From Fimbriimonadales bacterium (lineage in GTDB: Bacteria; Armatimonadota; Fimbriimonadia; Fimbriimonadales; ATM1): 34,472 nucleotides of DNA. A model generated the notes under the pieces. It was not told the DNA's origin. It did no database searches and was given only the letters and a program-made list of their open reading frames with translations. Numbering within the stretch: the first letter of the stretch is position 1; each line of letters starts with the position of its first letter. Positions 1-7,397 of this stretch are shown piece by piece. A program made the position numbers and the translations under genes. The stretch covers positions 1-34,472 of the forward strand of contig DASSBY010000018.1 in the NCBI GenBank assembly GCA_035698285.1, in the 5' to 3' direction.

Positions 1-1
1 C

Positions 2-148
2 CTCGTTCGGGAAATCGCAAAGCTCGCCGACGGCGGAGGCGGTGGCTCGCCCGAATTCGCGCAGGCAGGGGCCAAGGACGTATCCAAAATCGCTGCTGCC
101 ATGGCGGCGGCGCCCGACATTATCAAGGCACAAACCGGAGGAGACTGA
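2..148 (+). CDS. alaS: 3' end of alanine--tRNA ligase (partial, truncated by the window edge)
   Basis: Frame 2 reads LVREIAKLADGGGGGSPEFAQAGAKDVSKIAAAMAAAPDIIKAQTGGD-stop. The G-run followed by P..AQAG matches the C-terminal AlaRS motif as I recall it from E. coli (GGKGGGRPDMAQAGG). The TGA at 146-148 shares one base with the next ATG. Confidence 0.5.
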   Translation, partial: LVREIAKLADGGGGGSPEFAQAGAKDVSKIAAAMAAAPDIIKAQTGGD

Positions 149-858
149 TGCGTCGGCGCGCACTCACCATTGCCGAGGTTCTCGTCGTTCTTCTGGTGAT
201 CGCTATTGCGGCTGCGGTTGTTGCCCCAGTCTGGGCACACGTGAAAGACGCTGCCCGCCGAGCCGCGTGCCTTTCCAAACTCCGGAAGCTTGGAGTAGGC
301 ATGGCGATATACATCGAGGAAAGCGATAAGAAACTTCCGCTCTCGGCAGGCTGGGTCGCAGCTGTATCTGCTGGCAGCGACTTCGCCATCATGCACTGCC
401 CCAGCTCATTGCCGGCCGGGATAGCCTCCGGCGTCGACGTAAGCTACACCTACAACGGCTACTTAAACGGCTATCCAATAACTCAAATTCCAAGCTTGGC
501 ATCGACTGTGGCCGTTTGGGAGGGCATGGGAAAGGCCGTTTCGCGAGGCAATCCCGCAAACCCACGTCTCATCTGCCCAGACCCAGCGTCACCCTGCGTT
601 TTCCAGCCTCAAGGAGGCCCGAAGAGCGCCTTCGATATCCCCAAGGGCACGATGTGGGTTCACGGGCGCGGCGCAAACTTTCTCTTGGGAGACGGCCACG
701 CGCAATGGCGAAGACTTGGGCCCAAGGAGGGGAAGCCTACCAACCCACGAATCGATCCCTTTATGGTTTACGATCGCAAAGGCGTTGCGCTCGAAGCTTG
801 GACGGACGACGGTACGGGCACGGGGAAAGCGCTTCTATTCATGCCGCGATTTCATTGA
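148..858 (+). CDS. Prepilin-type N-terminal cleavage/methylation domain protein, H-X9-DG (DUF1559-like) family
   Basis: The N-terminus MRRRALTIAEVLVVLLVIAIAAAVVAP is a pseudopilin-like hydrophobic helix. The C-terminal part VHGRGANFLLGDGHAQW fits H-X9-DG. The stop is TGA. Confidence 0.8.
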   Translation: MRRRALTIAEVLVVLLVIAIAAAVVAPVWAHVKDAARRAACLSKLRKLGVGMAIYIEESDKKLPLSAGWVAAVSAGSDFAIMHCPSSLPAGIASGVDVSYTYNGYLNGYPITQIPSLASTVAVWEGMGKAVSRGNPANPRLICPDPASPCVFQPQGGPKSAFDIPKGTMWVHGRGANFLLGDGHAQWRRLGPKEGKPTNPRIDPFMVYDRKGVALEAWTDDGTGTGKALLFMPRFH

Positions 859-1322
859 ACGCTGAGGATCTTATATCTTTGAATCCCGGCCGGCGCCTCG
901 ACTTCTGCCTCATCGCCTTCCTTTTTGCCTACCAAAGCTTTGCCCATGGGCGAATCGATTGAAACCTTCCCTTCGGCAGGATCAGCCTCATAAGAGCCTA
1001 CGATTTCGACCGTCATTTCCTCCTCCCACTTGGCGTCGAGCAGTTTTATTTTGCTGCCCAACTGGGCAACTCCGTCCTCGCCGTCGGCTTGCTCGACGAC
1101 GCGAGCCACTTCCAGTATCTTCTCGATATCGGCGATACGGCCCTCCAGCCGTCCTTGGTTTAGCTTGGCTTCATGATAAGCGGCATTCTCCCGCAAGTCA
1201 CCGTGGGAACGCGCCTCACGAATGGCGTCCGACGCAGCGTGGCGCTTTGGTCCTTTGAGTTCCGCCAATTCGGCGCGGAGCTTTTCCAAGCCGGCAGGGG
1301 TTAGGATTACTTCGTCCCGCAT
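852..1322 (-). CDS. greA: Transcription elongation factor GreA
   Basis: 156 aa. LTPAGLEKLRAELAELK...REARSHGDLRENAAYHEAK is the classic GreA coiled-coil N-terminus, and the C-terminal part ISIDSPMGKALVGKKEGDE also fits GreA. Confidence 0.93.
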   Translation of the reverse strand: MRDEVILTPAGLEKLRAELAELKGPKRHAASDAIREARSHGDLRENAAYHEAKLNQGRLEGRIADIEKILEVARVVEQADGEDGVAQLGSKIKLLDAKWEEEMTVEIVGSYEADPAEGKVSIDSPMGKALVGKKEGDEAEVEAPAGIQRYKILSVQ

Positions 1323-1356
1323 GGCATAAGTTTACCGAGCCGGCAATATTGAGAAA

Positions 1357-1376
1357 CTTGCCGCACCTCTGGCAAG
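1357..1376 (-). terminator. Candidate intrinsic terminator after the 1597-2508 / 1403-1612 gene pair
   Basis: On the minus strand, CUUGCC-AGAGGUGC-GGCAAG forms a 6-bp stem and is followed by UUUCUCAAUAUU. The stem is short, so support is weak. Confidence 0.3.
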
Positions 1377-1402
1377 AACCAAAAGATGCGGCAATGCTTA
1401 TG

Positions 1403-1612
1403 CTACTTGTTCGGACCTTTGGCTCCACCTTTGATGATGAACTCATCGGGGATCGGTGGCGCCACGGCAGAGCCGGGACGCGGCGGGGGCGTCTTATCGA
1501 GGCCGGTATCGGTCGAAGCACCCATCTTCATCCAGAGCAGAATGACGATTCCCACGGCAATCGCCACAATGCCCCATATGACAACCGGGGACTGCTTTAC
1601 CTTAGATCCCAC
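1403..1612 (-). CDS. Small hypothetical membrane protein (69 aa)
   Basis: There is one clear TM helix (VVIWGIVAIAVGIVILLW) followed by a Pro-rich tail. The start overlaps the end of the upstream gene by 16 nt. I recognise no family. Confidence 0.45.
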   Translation of the reverse strand: MGSKVKQSPVVIWGIVAIAVGIVILLWMKMGASTDTGLDKTPPPRPGSAVAPPIPDEFIIKGGAKGPNK

Positions 1613-2508
1613 AAGTATTGATCTCCGTCGTAAGCCAGGCCCTGAAAGTTCCGGCGAACGTCACAGCCGGCGCTGATGTTGCCGATGCGCATGGTTTTGG
1701 TATGCCCATCCACAAAGGCGATGTTGACCTGCTTCGAATGATACGGATACAAGCCGCCCCATTCGAGCCAATAGTTGGAATCGTTCGGATTGCATCCCAC
1801 GCACCAGCCAACGCCGTACGTCTGCCACCTGCCATTATTGCCATTGCCGGTGTAGTCGGATATCGGCTCCATGAACTGCTGGTTTTCGTCCCGGACGCAT
1901 GGCGCTTCGATAACCCAGTTCCCGCCGCCGGTGGGATCTCCATTCGGTTTACGCAGCCACATGCTGTCGCCGAACAGAATCGTTGCGCCCGGTTGCGCGA
2001 TTCTGCCTGCGTTGATGGGCGCCGAACCAACATAAGTCCCGCCCGGGTCTTGACGCGTTATCCACGGACTTAGGAAGTCGTAGTTGTAGCCGAGATCGGT
2101 GCGCGAGAGCCAATAGTAGTAGAAGCTCGGGTCGCTCTTGTCTGCCGGCCGGTCGTTCGGATCCATCGACAAACCTTGGTCTGTCGCGTTGGGGTCCGCC
2201 GGGCATCGGAAAACGTAGTAACTCTGAACGTAGGAGTAAATGAGTTCGCCCCAAACGTAGTCGGGCCGTCCAAAGCCCCATCCGGGACCATTGATACTGC
2301 CTTGATTGGCGTGGGGAAGGCCATCATCGTGGTCTCCCATGTACATCATCATGGACTTGGTGACCTGGTTGAAGTTGGCCAAACAGCTGATTTTCTTTGC
2401 AGCCTGCTTGGCGGCTGCGAACACGGGGAATAGTATTGCCGCAAGAATGGCAATGATTGCTATGACAACTAGCAATTCGATTAGCGTGAAAGCCTTTCGA
2501 TTGCGCAT
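1597..2508 (-). CDS. Prepilin-type N-terminal cleavage/methylation domain protein, H-X9-DG (DUF1559-like) family
   Basis: MRNRKAFTLIELLVVIAIIAILAAILFPVF is a canonical prepilin-like N-terminus. YHSKQVNIAFVDGHTKT fits H-X9-DG. AAGGAGG lies 7 nt upstream of the ATG. Confidence 0.88.
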   Translation of the reverse strand: MRNRKAFTLIELLVVIAIIAILAAILFPVFAAAKQAAKKISCLANFNQVTKSMMMYMGDHDDGLPHANQGSINGPGWGFGRPDYVWGELIYSYVQSYYVFRCPADPNATDQGLSMDPNDRPADKSDPSFYYYWLSRTDLGYNYDFLSPWITRQDPGGTYVGSAPINAGRIAQPGATILFGDSMWLRKPNGDPTGGGNWVIEAPCVRDENQQFMEPISDYTGNGNNGRWQTYGVGWCVGCNPNDSNYWLEWGGLYPYHSKQVNIAFVDGHTKTMRIGNISAGCDVRRNFQGLAYDGDQYLWDLR

Positions 2509-2607
2509 GAGCGTGCCTCCTTGATTTTACGAATGGCTATCGCCCTGCAGCGACAGCATGAAGGAGATTATAACGCCGTTTTCAGCAAAAGCAATCCCTA
2601 TCGGGAA

Positions 2608-2811
2608 CTATTCGCCGCTTCTTTGACGGTATTTTTTGGCCTGATCGGGGTCGACCTTGCGCATTCGGCGCAATAATTCGTTGTCCCCGCCCGGCTTTGG
2701 GACCTGCCGCTTGGCTGGCCCCTCCTCGTCGCCCGGCTTGCGCTCAGGCGTCGGAAGGTCACGCTCGCGGCGTTCGATCGATGCGATCCCATGTTCGTTT
2801 ATGTACTTCAT
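2608..2811 (-). CDS. Pup-like small protein modifier, UBact-type (67 aa, C-terminal ...YRQRSGE)
   Basis: The protein is short, charged and looks disordered. Its tail ELLRRMRKVDPDQAKKYRQRSGE-stop matches my memory of the UBact C-terminal consensus (R-[TS]-G-[EQ] terminus). Its ATG overlaps the upstream msrA TGA stop as ATGA. Confidence 0.65.
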   Translation of the reverse strand: MKYINEHGIASIERRERDLPTPERKPGDEEGPAKRQVPKPGGDNELLRRMRKVDPDQAKKYRQRSGE

Positions 2812-3422
2812 CGTATTCTGCAGGCGCCGCCGGCGTGCTTACCGTAATATTGCTGGTGATAGTCCTCGGCCATCCAGAAGGTACCTGCTTTGGTGACTCG
2901 CGTACCGACAGCCGTCCCTCCGGCCCCGATCGTATCTATTTTGTGCTTGGCCAAAGCTGACTGCTCATCGGAAAAAGTGAAGATCTCGCTTCGGTACTGC
3001 TCACCGGGAGAGCACTGCCGACTCGGGTTATGGATTTCAAAGAAAACGTTCAACAGCTTTTCGTACGTCACTTTCGAAGGATCGTACTCGACGAGAACCG
3101 ACTCGGCATGCCCCGTCCGTCCGGAACACACTTGCTCATAAGTCGGCGAAGCCGTAACGCCGCCCGTATAGCCGACTGCCGTCGCAACAACGCCTGGGAC
3201 TTGGCGGAACTCCGCCTCGATTCCCCAAAATCACCCTGCTGCAAACAAAGCAAGCGCGTGCCCGTCGGCCAGAGCCTTAGCATCGCTATCGAGCCTCGTC
3301 GTGACTCCGCCGGGGTGGGTACCGACGCCGCTCGTGTCCGTCCCGCTGCCCATGTTTTGTATCCCTAGACCGGCGACCGCTGAGGCTGCAAGACCCATCG
3401 TTATCCAGTTCATCGTTCTCAT
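2808..3422 (-). CDS. msrA: Peptide-methionine (S)-S-oxide reductase MsrA with in-frame TGA (3231-3233) at the catalytic Cys position; candidate selenoprotein with an N-terminal signal-like segment
   Basis: ORFs 3231-3422 and 2808-3131 are in the same frame. Read-through gives ...HALALFAAG-[TGA]-FWGIEAEFRQVPGVVATAVGYTGGVTASPTYEQVCSGRTGHAESV...EDYHQQY. The paralogue at 4187-4657 has [10 protein letters not shown] at the same place. AGGA lies 9 nt upstream of the ATG at 3422. Confidence 0.7.
3195..3227 (-). promoter_or_regulatory. Candidate bacterial SECIS hairpin downstream of the msrA UGA
   Basis: The mRNA reads UGA-UUU-UGGGGAAUCGAGGCGGAGUUCCGCCAAGUCCCA. The lower stem is UGGG/CCCA. The upper stem is GGCGG/CCGCC with apical loop AGUU, which starts 19 nt after the UGA. 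Confidence 0.5.
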
Positions 3423-3543
3423 CAGTACTTATCCTAATGCCCGCTGCAAGTATACAGTTCCCTTCGGGCCCAAAGTCCTGCCGAATCCGTTCGCTGAGCC
3501 TCGATTTCGAAGCAATCGGGCAAACTGAGGCGTAGAGTTCGGT

Positions 3544-3560
3544 GGACGTTAGAAACGTCC
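3544..3560. promoter_or_regulatory. Perfect 7-3-7 inverted repeat GGACGTT-aga-AACGTCC in the divergent msrA / Met-rich gene intergenic region (operator or leader hairpin candidate)
   Basis: The repeat is read directly from the sequence and is extendable to 9 bp with one G-U pair. It lies about 50 nt upstream of the ATG at 3609 and is followed by the tandem ACAAGC-ACAAGC-ACAAGG (3577-3594) that runs into the SD. Confidence 0.4.
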
Positions 3561-3608
3561 GCGGCAGACAAAGTCAACAAGCACAAGCACAAGGAGATCG
3601 ACAACATT

Positions 3609-4142
3609 ATGAAAACGCTAGCGATCGCGGCCGTTTTGGCCGCCGTAGTTGCCGCCCAAGCTCAGCCCCAAGTGGACATGAAACCGCCTCCCGAAATGCA
3701 GAAGGTGGCATGGATGGTGGGCGAGTGGAAGGGCAATATGAAAATGCACATGCCCGGCATGGATCAGCCGATGGACAGTGCGAGCACCATCTCGGCGAGA
3801 ATGGGCGTCGGAGGCCGCTATTTGGTCGTCAATTTCATGTCGGCCATGGGCGACATGGGCGCCACGGAGCACATGGAGCTCATTACCTACGACCCAGCCC
3901 AGAAGAAGTGGGTCTGCTGGGGCTTTGACTCCGTCGCCCCAGGGACGATGGAATCTTCCGGCGACCTCATGGGCAACAAAATGGTGGTGACGAGCAAACC
4001 GATGACGATGCCCGGCGGTCCCCCGGATACGTTCCGAACGACCGTGACCAAGAAATCGGACACCGAGTTTGATTTCCTGCTCGAGCACAAAGTGAACGAC
4101 GCTTGGACGAGCATGATCGAGGGCACGTTCACTAAGTCGTAG
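3609..4142 (+). CDS. Secreted DUF1579-like protein, unusually methionine-rich
   Basis: The signal peptide is [19 protein letters not shown]. The core WMVGEWKG...GGRYLV...[17 protein letters not shown] resembles the DUF1579 family. I count 20 Met in 177 residues. AAGGAG sits upstream of the ATG. Confidence 0.75.
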   Translation: MKTLAIAAVLAAVVAAQAQPQVDMKPPPEMQKVAWMVGEWKGNMKMHMPGMDQPMDSASTISARMGVGGRYLVVNFMSAMGDMGATEHMELITYDPAQKKWVCWGFDSVAPGTMESSGDLMGNKMVVTSKPMTMPGGPPDTFRTTVTKKSDTEFDFLLEHKVNDAWTSMIEGTFTKS

Positions 4143-4149
4143 CCTTAAC

Positions 4150-4171
4150 GGTGCGGCCGCGATGCCGCACC
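4150..4171 (+). other. Perfect 8-bp hairpin (GGTGCGGC-cgcgat-GCCGCACC) between the Met-rich gene and the second msrA
   Basis: The hairpin is read directly from the sequence and has no following T-tract. It could be an mRNA processing or stability element, or a weak attenuator. It covers the GTG at 4151, which argues for the ATG at 4187 as the msrA start. Confidence 0.4.
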
Positions 4172-4186
4172 AACGTAATACTAACT

Positions 4187-4657
4187 ATGGAAATCGCAAC
4201 TTTCGCAGCAGGATGTTTCTGGGGTGTAGAAGACCTCTTCCGCCAAATAGAGGGCGTGACCGAGGCAATTAGCGGATACACGGGGGGAACGCTTGTCGAT
4301 CCGACGTACCAGGACGTATGTTCCGGAACCACCGGCCACGCAGAAGCCGTGCAGATAAACTTCGACCCTGCTGTCATTCCCTACGAAAGCCTGCTCCAAG
4401 TTTTTTGGGAGACCCATGATCCGACCACGCTTAATCGCCCAGGGCCGGACGTGGGACGTCAGTACCGGTCCGCCATTTTCTATCATTCCGAGGAGCAAAG
4501 AGAGGCTGCCACGGCTTCCCTCCTTGCAAGGCAGCAATGCCTCGATCGGCCGATCGTTACGGAAATAGCCCCCGCAACGCCCTTCTTCCCGGCCGAGGAA
4601 TACCATCAGCAGTACCTGATGAAACACGGCCTTTCCTCCTGCCATATTCGGCAATAA
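4187..4657 (+). CDS. msrA: Peptide-methionine (S)-S-oxide reductase MsrA (Cys form, no signal peptide)
   Basis: [24 protein letters not shown]...GYTGG...[19 protein letters not shown]...QYRSAIFY...EEYHQQYL is canonical MsrA. I chose the ATG at 4187 rather than the GTG at 4151. Confidence 0.92.
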   Translation: MEIATFAAGCFWGVEDLFRQIEGVTEAISGYTGGTLVDPTYQDVCSGTTGHAEAVQINFDPAVIPYESLLQVFWETHDPTTLNRPGPDVGRQYRSAIFYHSEEQREAATASLLARQQCLDRPIVTEIAPATPFFPAEEYHQQYLMKHGLSSCHIRQ

Positions 4658-4705
4658 GTCCCTGACTGAAACTGTATCGAACGAAATTGGCGTAGTCACG
4701 CCATA

Positions 4706-6637
4706 GTGCGTTTAGCGGTTCCGTTTTTTTGCCTTCTCATTGCCTCCTCCCAAGCACAGGACAACACCATCCAGGGCTTTAAAATGGAAAAGCCGCCTAC
4801 CATCGATGGTGCCATCGATCCGACAGAATGGCAAGATGTCCCTTCCGGCTCAGGCCAGTTCGATGAACACACTGGGCAGAAGGCAGCGGATGGCCTGCAG
4901 TTTTGGCTTGCATACGACGCCGAATTCATATATTTTGCCGCCAAGGCGCACGACTCCGATCCGGGATCGATCCGCGCCACCGAGTACCAAACTAACGTCA
5001 GCCTCGAAGGCGACGACTCCGTAACGCTGCTCCTCGACGAGACGGGCACGCTCGGTGAGTTCAGCGAGTTCGGGATGAATCCGAGGGGCGCCACGTCGGT
5101 AAGCCTCGCAGGAGGCCGAGCGGCAAAACGCGAGTGGTGCGGCGAATTCGTGGCAAAGGGCAGGGTCACCGCCGAAGGCTGGGAAATCGAAGCCCGAATT
5201 CCTTGGAGACTCGTGCGTATTCCCGCCGCAGGCGCTCGCAACTTACGCTTCCAGGTTGGGCGCGTTATCCAACGTCTAAGACGGTCTTTCGTATGGAGGT
5301 ACACCAACGACGGCCATCCCGAGAACGCCGGCGTTTGGAAAGGCGTCACGCTTCCGGAGCCGTACCTCGACCGGTCGATCAAGCTGCTCCCCTACGTCTA
5401 CGCCGGGGCCGATGAGAACGGCCATATTGCCGATGCCGGCCTCGACTTCAAAACCAACTTGAACAATCAAATAACGGGCGTGGGTTCTATCAATCCGGAC
5501 TTCCGGAATATAGAAAACGCCCTCCTGTCGCTGGATTTCAGCCGGTTCGAACGGCTCGCAGACGAAACGCGCCCATTCTTCCAAGAAGGCGCCGACTATA
5601 CGCAGACGATTCTCTTCGCTAGCCAAAGAATTCGAGGTTTCGACGTCGGCATCAACACGTACGGCCGCATTTCGGACAAAGTTCGGTTCGGCGTTCTAAA
5701 CACTCTCGATTTCGGAAACCAGAACTCCTTCGCCTCGAATTTCCAATACGACATCACGCCCAACGACGGCATCGGCGTCGCCGCCACCAGCCTATCGCGC
5801 CCGGGATTCGACAACACCGCCGCGCTCGTACGATTTTACAAAGGCATCGGACCGCTAGAGTTTTTTGGCCGAACCGCCATCACTGAAGACACCGAGACCG
5901 GCAATGGCACGGGCGGCGATATCAACGTAAACTATTCGAAAGCCGGCTTCAACTACTTTGGATCGTATCAAGCATTCTCGCCCGGCTTCAATCCCCGACT
6001 CGGCTTTTTTCCCGAAGTGGATTATCGCGGCTTTCAAACCGGCGTAGAGTGGAACAAGCCGATGTCTTCAGGCCCCCTTCGACAGTTCGACTTCGCACTC
6101 TACCGCACTGATTTCCAGCGTTTTCACGGCGGGCATTACCGAGACACCTGGGAAGGGGCTGCGCACACCCGGCTCGCAAACGGAATCGGCTTGCACTATG
6201 CTGCCGTTCGCGATAATTTCCTCGGCTCGGATGATGCTCTCGACAGCGCCAGCATCGTCTTCCCGGACGGCAGCCCATACCGCAATTTCGGCTTCGGCTA
6301 CACCTGGGGCCACGTGGAAGGTTCTAACTACGCCGGCTTCTCCATGGCCAGCGCATACCGGCCGATACCGCTACTCCAACTAACCGCAAGCTACGAGCAC
6401 GTCCGTCACAACGGCGAAGAGGATCAAGGAATATTGGGCTTGAATTACGACTTCGGCGGCAACCGCTACCTGAGCGGCCGCGCGGTAAAGCACAACGACA
6501 AATGGAACATGTATATCGCTCTCCGAAAGACCGGCAATCGGGGCGCCGAATACTTCCTAATCCTCGGCGATCCGAATTCCGAGACTTTTCGAACGAGCTT
6601 GATCCTAAAATCCACGATCCCGGTGGAAATTCACTGA
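4706..6637 (+). CDS. Secreted CBM9-like / DUF5916-type protein (probable beta-barrel)
   Basis: The signal peptide is MRLAVPFFCLLIASSQAQ. The N-terminal part PPTIDGAIDPTEWQDV...FWLAYDAEFIYFAAKAHDSDP...GDDSVTLLLD...GWEIEARIPW matches the CBM9-like module that precedes DUF5916 barrels. The start codon is GTG. Confidence 0.6.
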   Translation: MRLAVPFFCLLIASSQAQDNTIQGFKMEKPPTIDGAIDPTEWQDVPSGSGQFDEHTGQKAADGLQFWLAYDAEFIYFAAKAHDSDPGSIRATEYQTNVSLEGDDSVTLLLDETGTLGEFSEFGMNPRGATSVSLAGGRAAKREWCGEFVAKGRVTAEGWEIEARIPWRLVRIPAAGARNLRFQVGRVIQRLRRSFVWRYTNDGHPENAGVWKGVTLPEPYLDRSIKLLPYVYAGADENGHIADAGLDFKTNLNNQITGVGSINPDFRNIENALLSLDFSRFERLADETRPFFQEGADYTQTILFASQRIRGFDVGINTYGRISDKVRFGVLNTLDFGNQNSFASNFQYDITPNDGIGVAATSLSRPGFDNTAALVRFYKGIGPLEFFGRTAITEDTETGNGTGGDINVNYSKAGFNYFGSYQAFSPGFNPRLGFFPEVDYRGFQTGVEWNKPMSSGPLRQFDFALYRTDFQRFHGGHYRDTWEGAAHTRLANGIGLHYAAVRDNFLGSDDALDSASIVFPDGSPYRNFGFGYTWGHVEGSNYAGFSMASAYRPIPLLQLTASYEHVRHNGEEDQGILGLNYDFGGNRYLSGRAVKHNDKWNMYIALRKTGNRGAEYFLILGDPNSETFRTSLILKSTIPVEIH

Positions 6638-7336
6638 TTACCGTCTGCCCATAAACAGGCTCAACACGTACCAGAAGAGCAGAGCGACCGACGCGAAGAG
6701 CGAAAGAGCCGCCGCAACGTACTGATCCGTCCGGTACGAATGCAGCACTTTCGACGTCGAATACAGAATTGCTCCGCATGCGAATAGCACCATCGCCGCG
6801 CTAAACCAAAGGCCCAGCTGAAAGCCGAACAAGGCGCCGGCGACAATCAATCCGAGCGCGACAAACGCGCCCACTGTCAGGGCAGTCCTCAGGAACGAAA
6901 AGTCCTGCTTAGTTATGAAGACATACCCCGTGAGAGCCGCAAACGTGAGCAGCGTCACGATCGTCGCCTGCGGCAAAACACCCGTGTACACGGTCGCTGC
7001 GAGCGTAATCAGCGGCGAGAAGATAAGCGCTTCGCCAACGGTGTAGAGAAGCAGTCCCGCGTACGCCGCCGGCCGGCTCTCGAGCGTGGACATGGCCGTT
7101 GCGAGCCATCCCACCAGCATAAAGCCGCCGAGGAACATCAGCCATCCGTACCGATTGCCGGCGATAAAGTCCAGCACCGCCGCGCCAACGCCGACCTTGT
7201 AGAAAAAGATCGAGCAGAGAACGAACGCGAGGATTGCCAGCAGCAAATGCGTGTAGGTCTTCCTCAGAAAATCCATTCGCTTTTCGAGCGGCGCATCGAA
7301 CGCGAATCCACCCGCATAGTTTTCAAAAGAACTCAT
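6638..7336 (-). CDS. Bax inhibitor-1 / YccA family membrane protein
   Basis: 232 aa with about 7 TM helices. The N-terminal FLRKTYTHLLLAILAF motif is typical of BI-1/UPF0005. GAAGGAG lies upstream. Confidence 0.8.
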   Translation of the reverse strand: MSSFENYAGGFAFDAPLEKRMDFLRKTYTHLLLAILAFVLCSIFFYKVGVGAAVLDFIAGNRYGWLMFLGGFMLVGWLATAMSTLESRPAAYAGLLLYTVGEALIFSPLITLAATVYTGVLPQATIVTLLTFAALTGYVFITKQDFSFLRTALTVGAFVALGLIVAGALFGFQLGLWFSAAMVLFACGAILYSTSKVLHSYRTDQYVAAALSLFASVALLFWYVLSLFMGRR

Positions 7337-7397
7337 TGAGTATCACTCCTTCTCCAGTTTAGACGCATCACAGGCCAAATCTGCATCTACCCGCAGC

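Noticed and set aside
42-392. ORFs 42-329 (+) and 123-392 (-)
   Set aside because: They overlap the alaS 3' end and the pseudopilin-like gene in other frames and have Arg-rich shadow composition.
4151-4186. The GTG at 4151 as the start of the second msrA
   Set aside because: The extension ([12 protein letters not shown]) lies inside the perfect hairpin at 4150-4171 and adds no conserved residues. The ATG at 4187 gives the canonical [14 protein letters not shown]-terminus.
3618-5382. Minus-strand ORFs 3618-4088, 4181-4699 and 4696-5382
   Set aside because: They are antisense to the DUF1579-like, msrA and CBM9/DUF5916-like genes. Their translations are Arg/His/Ser-rich, which is typical of GC-rich shadow frames.
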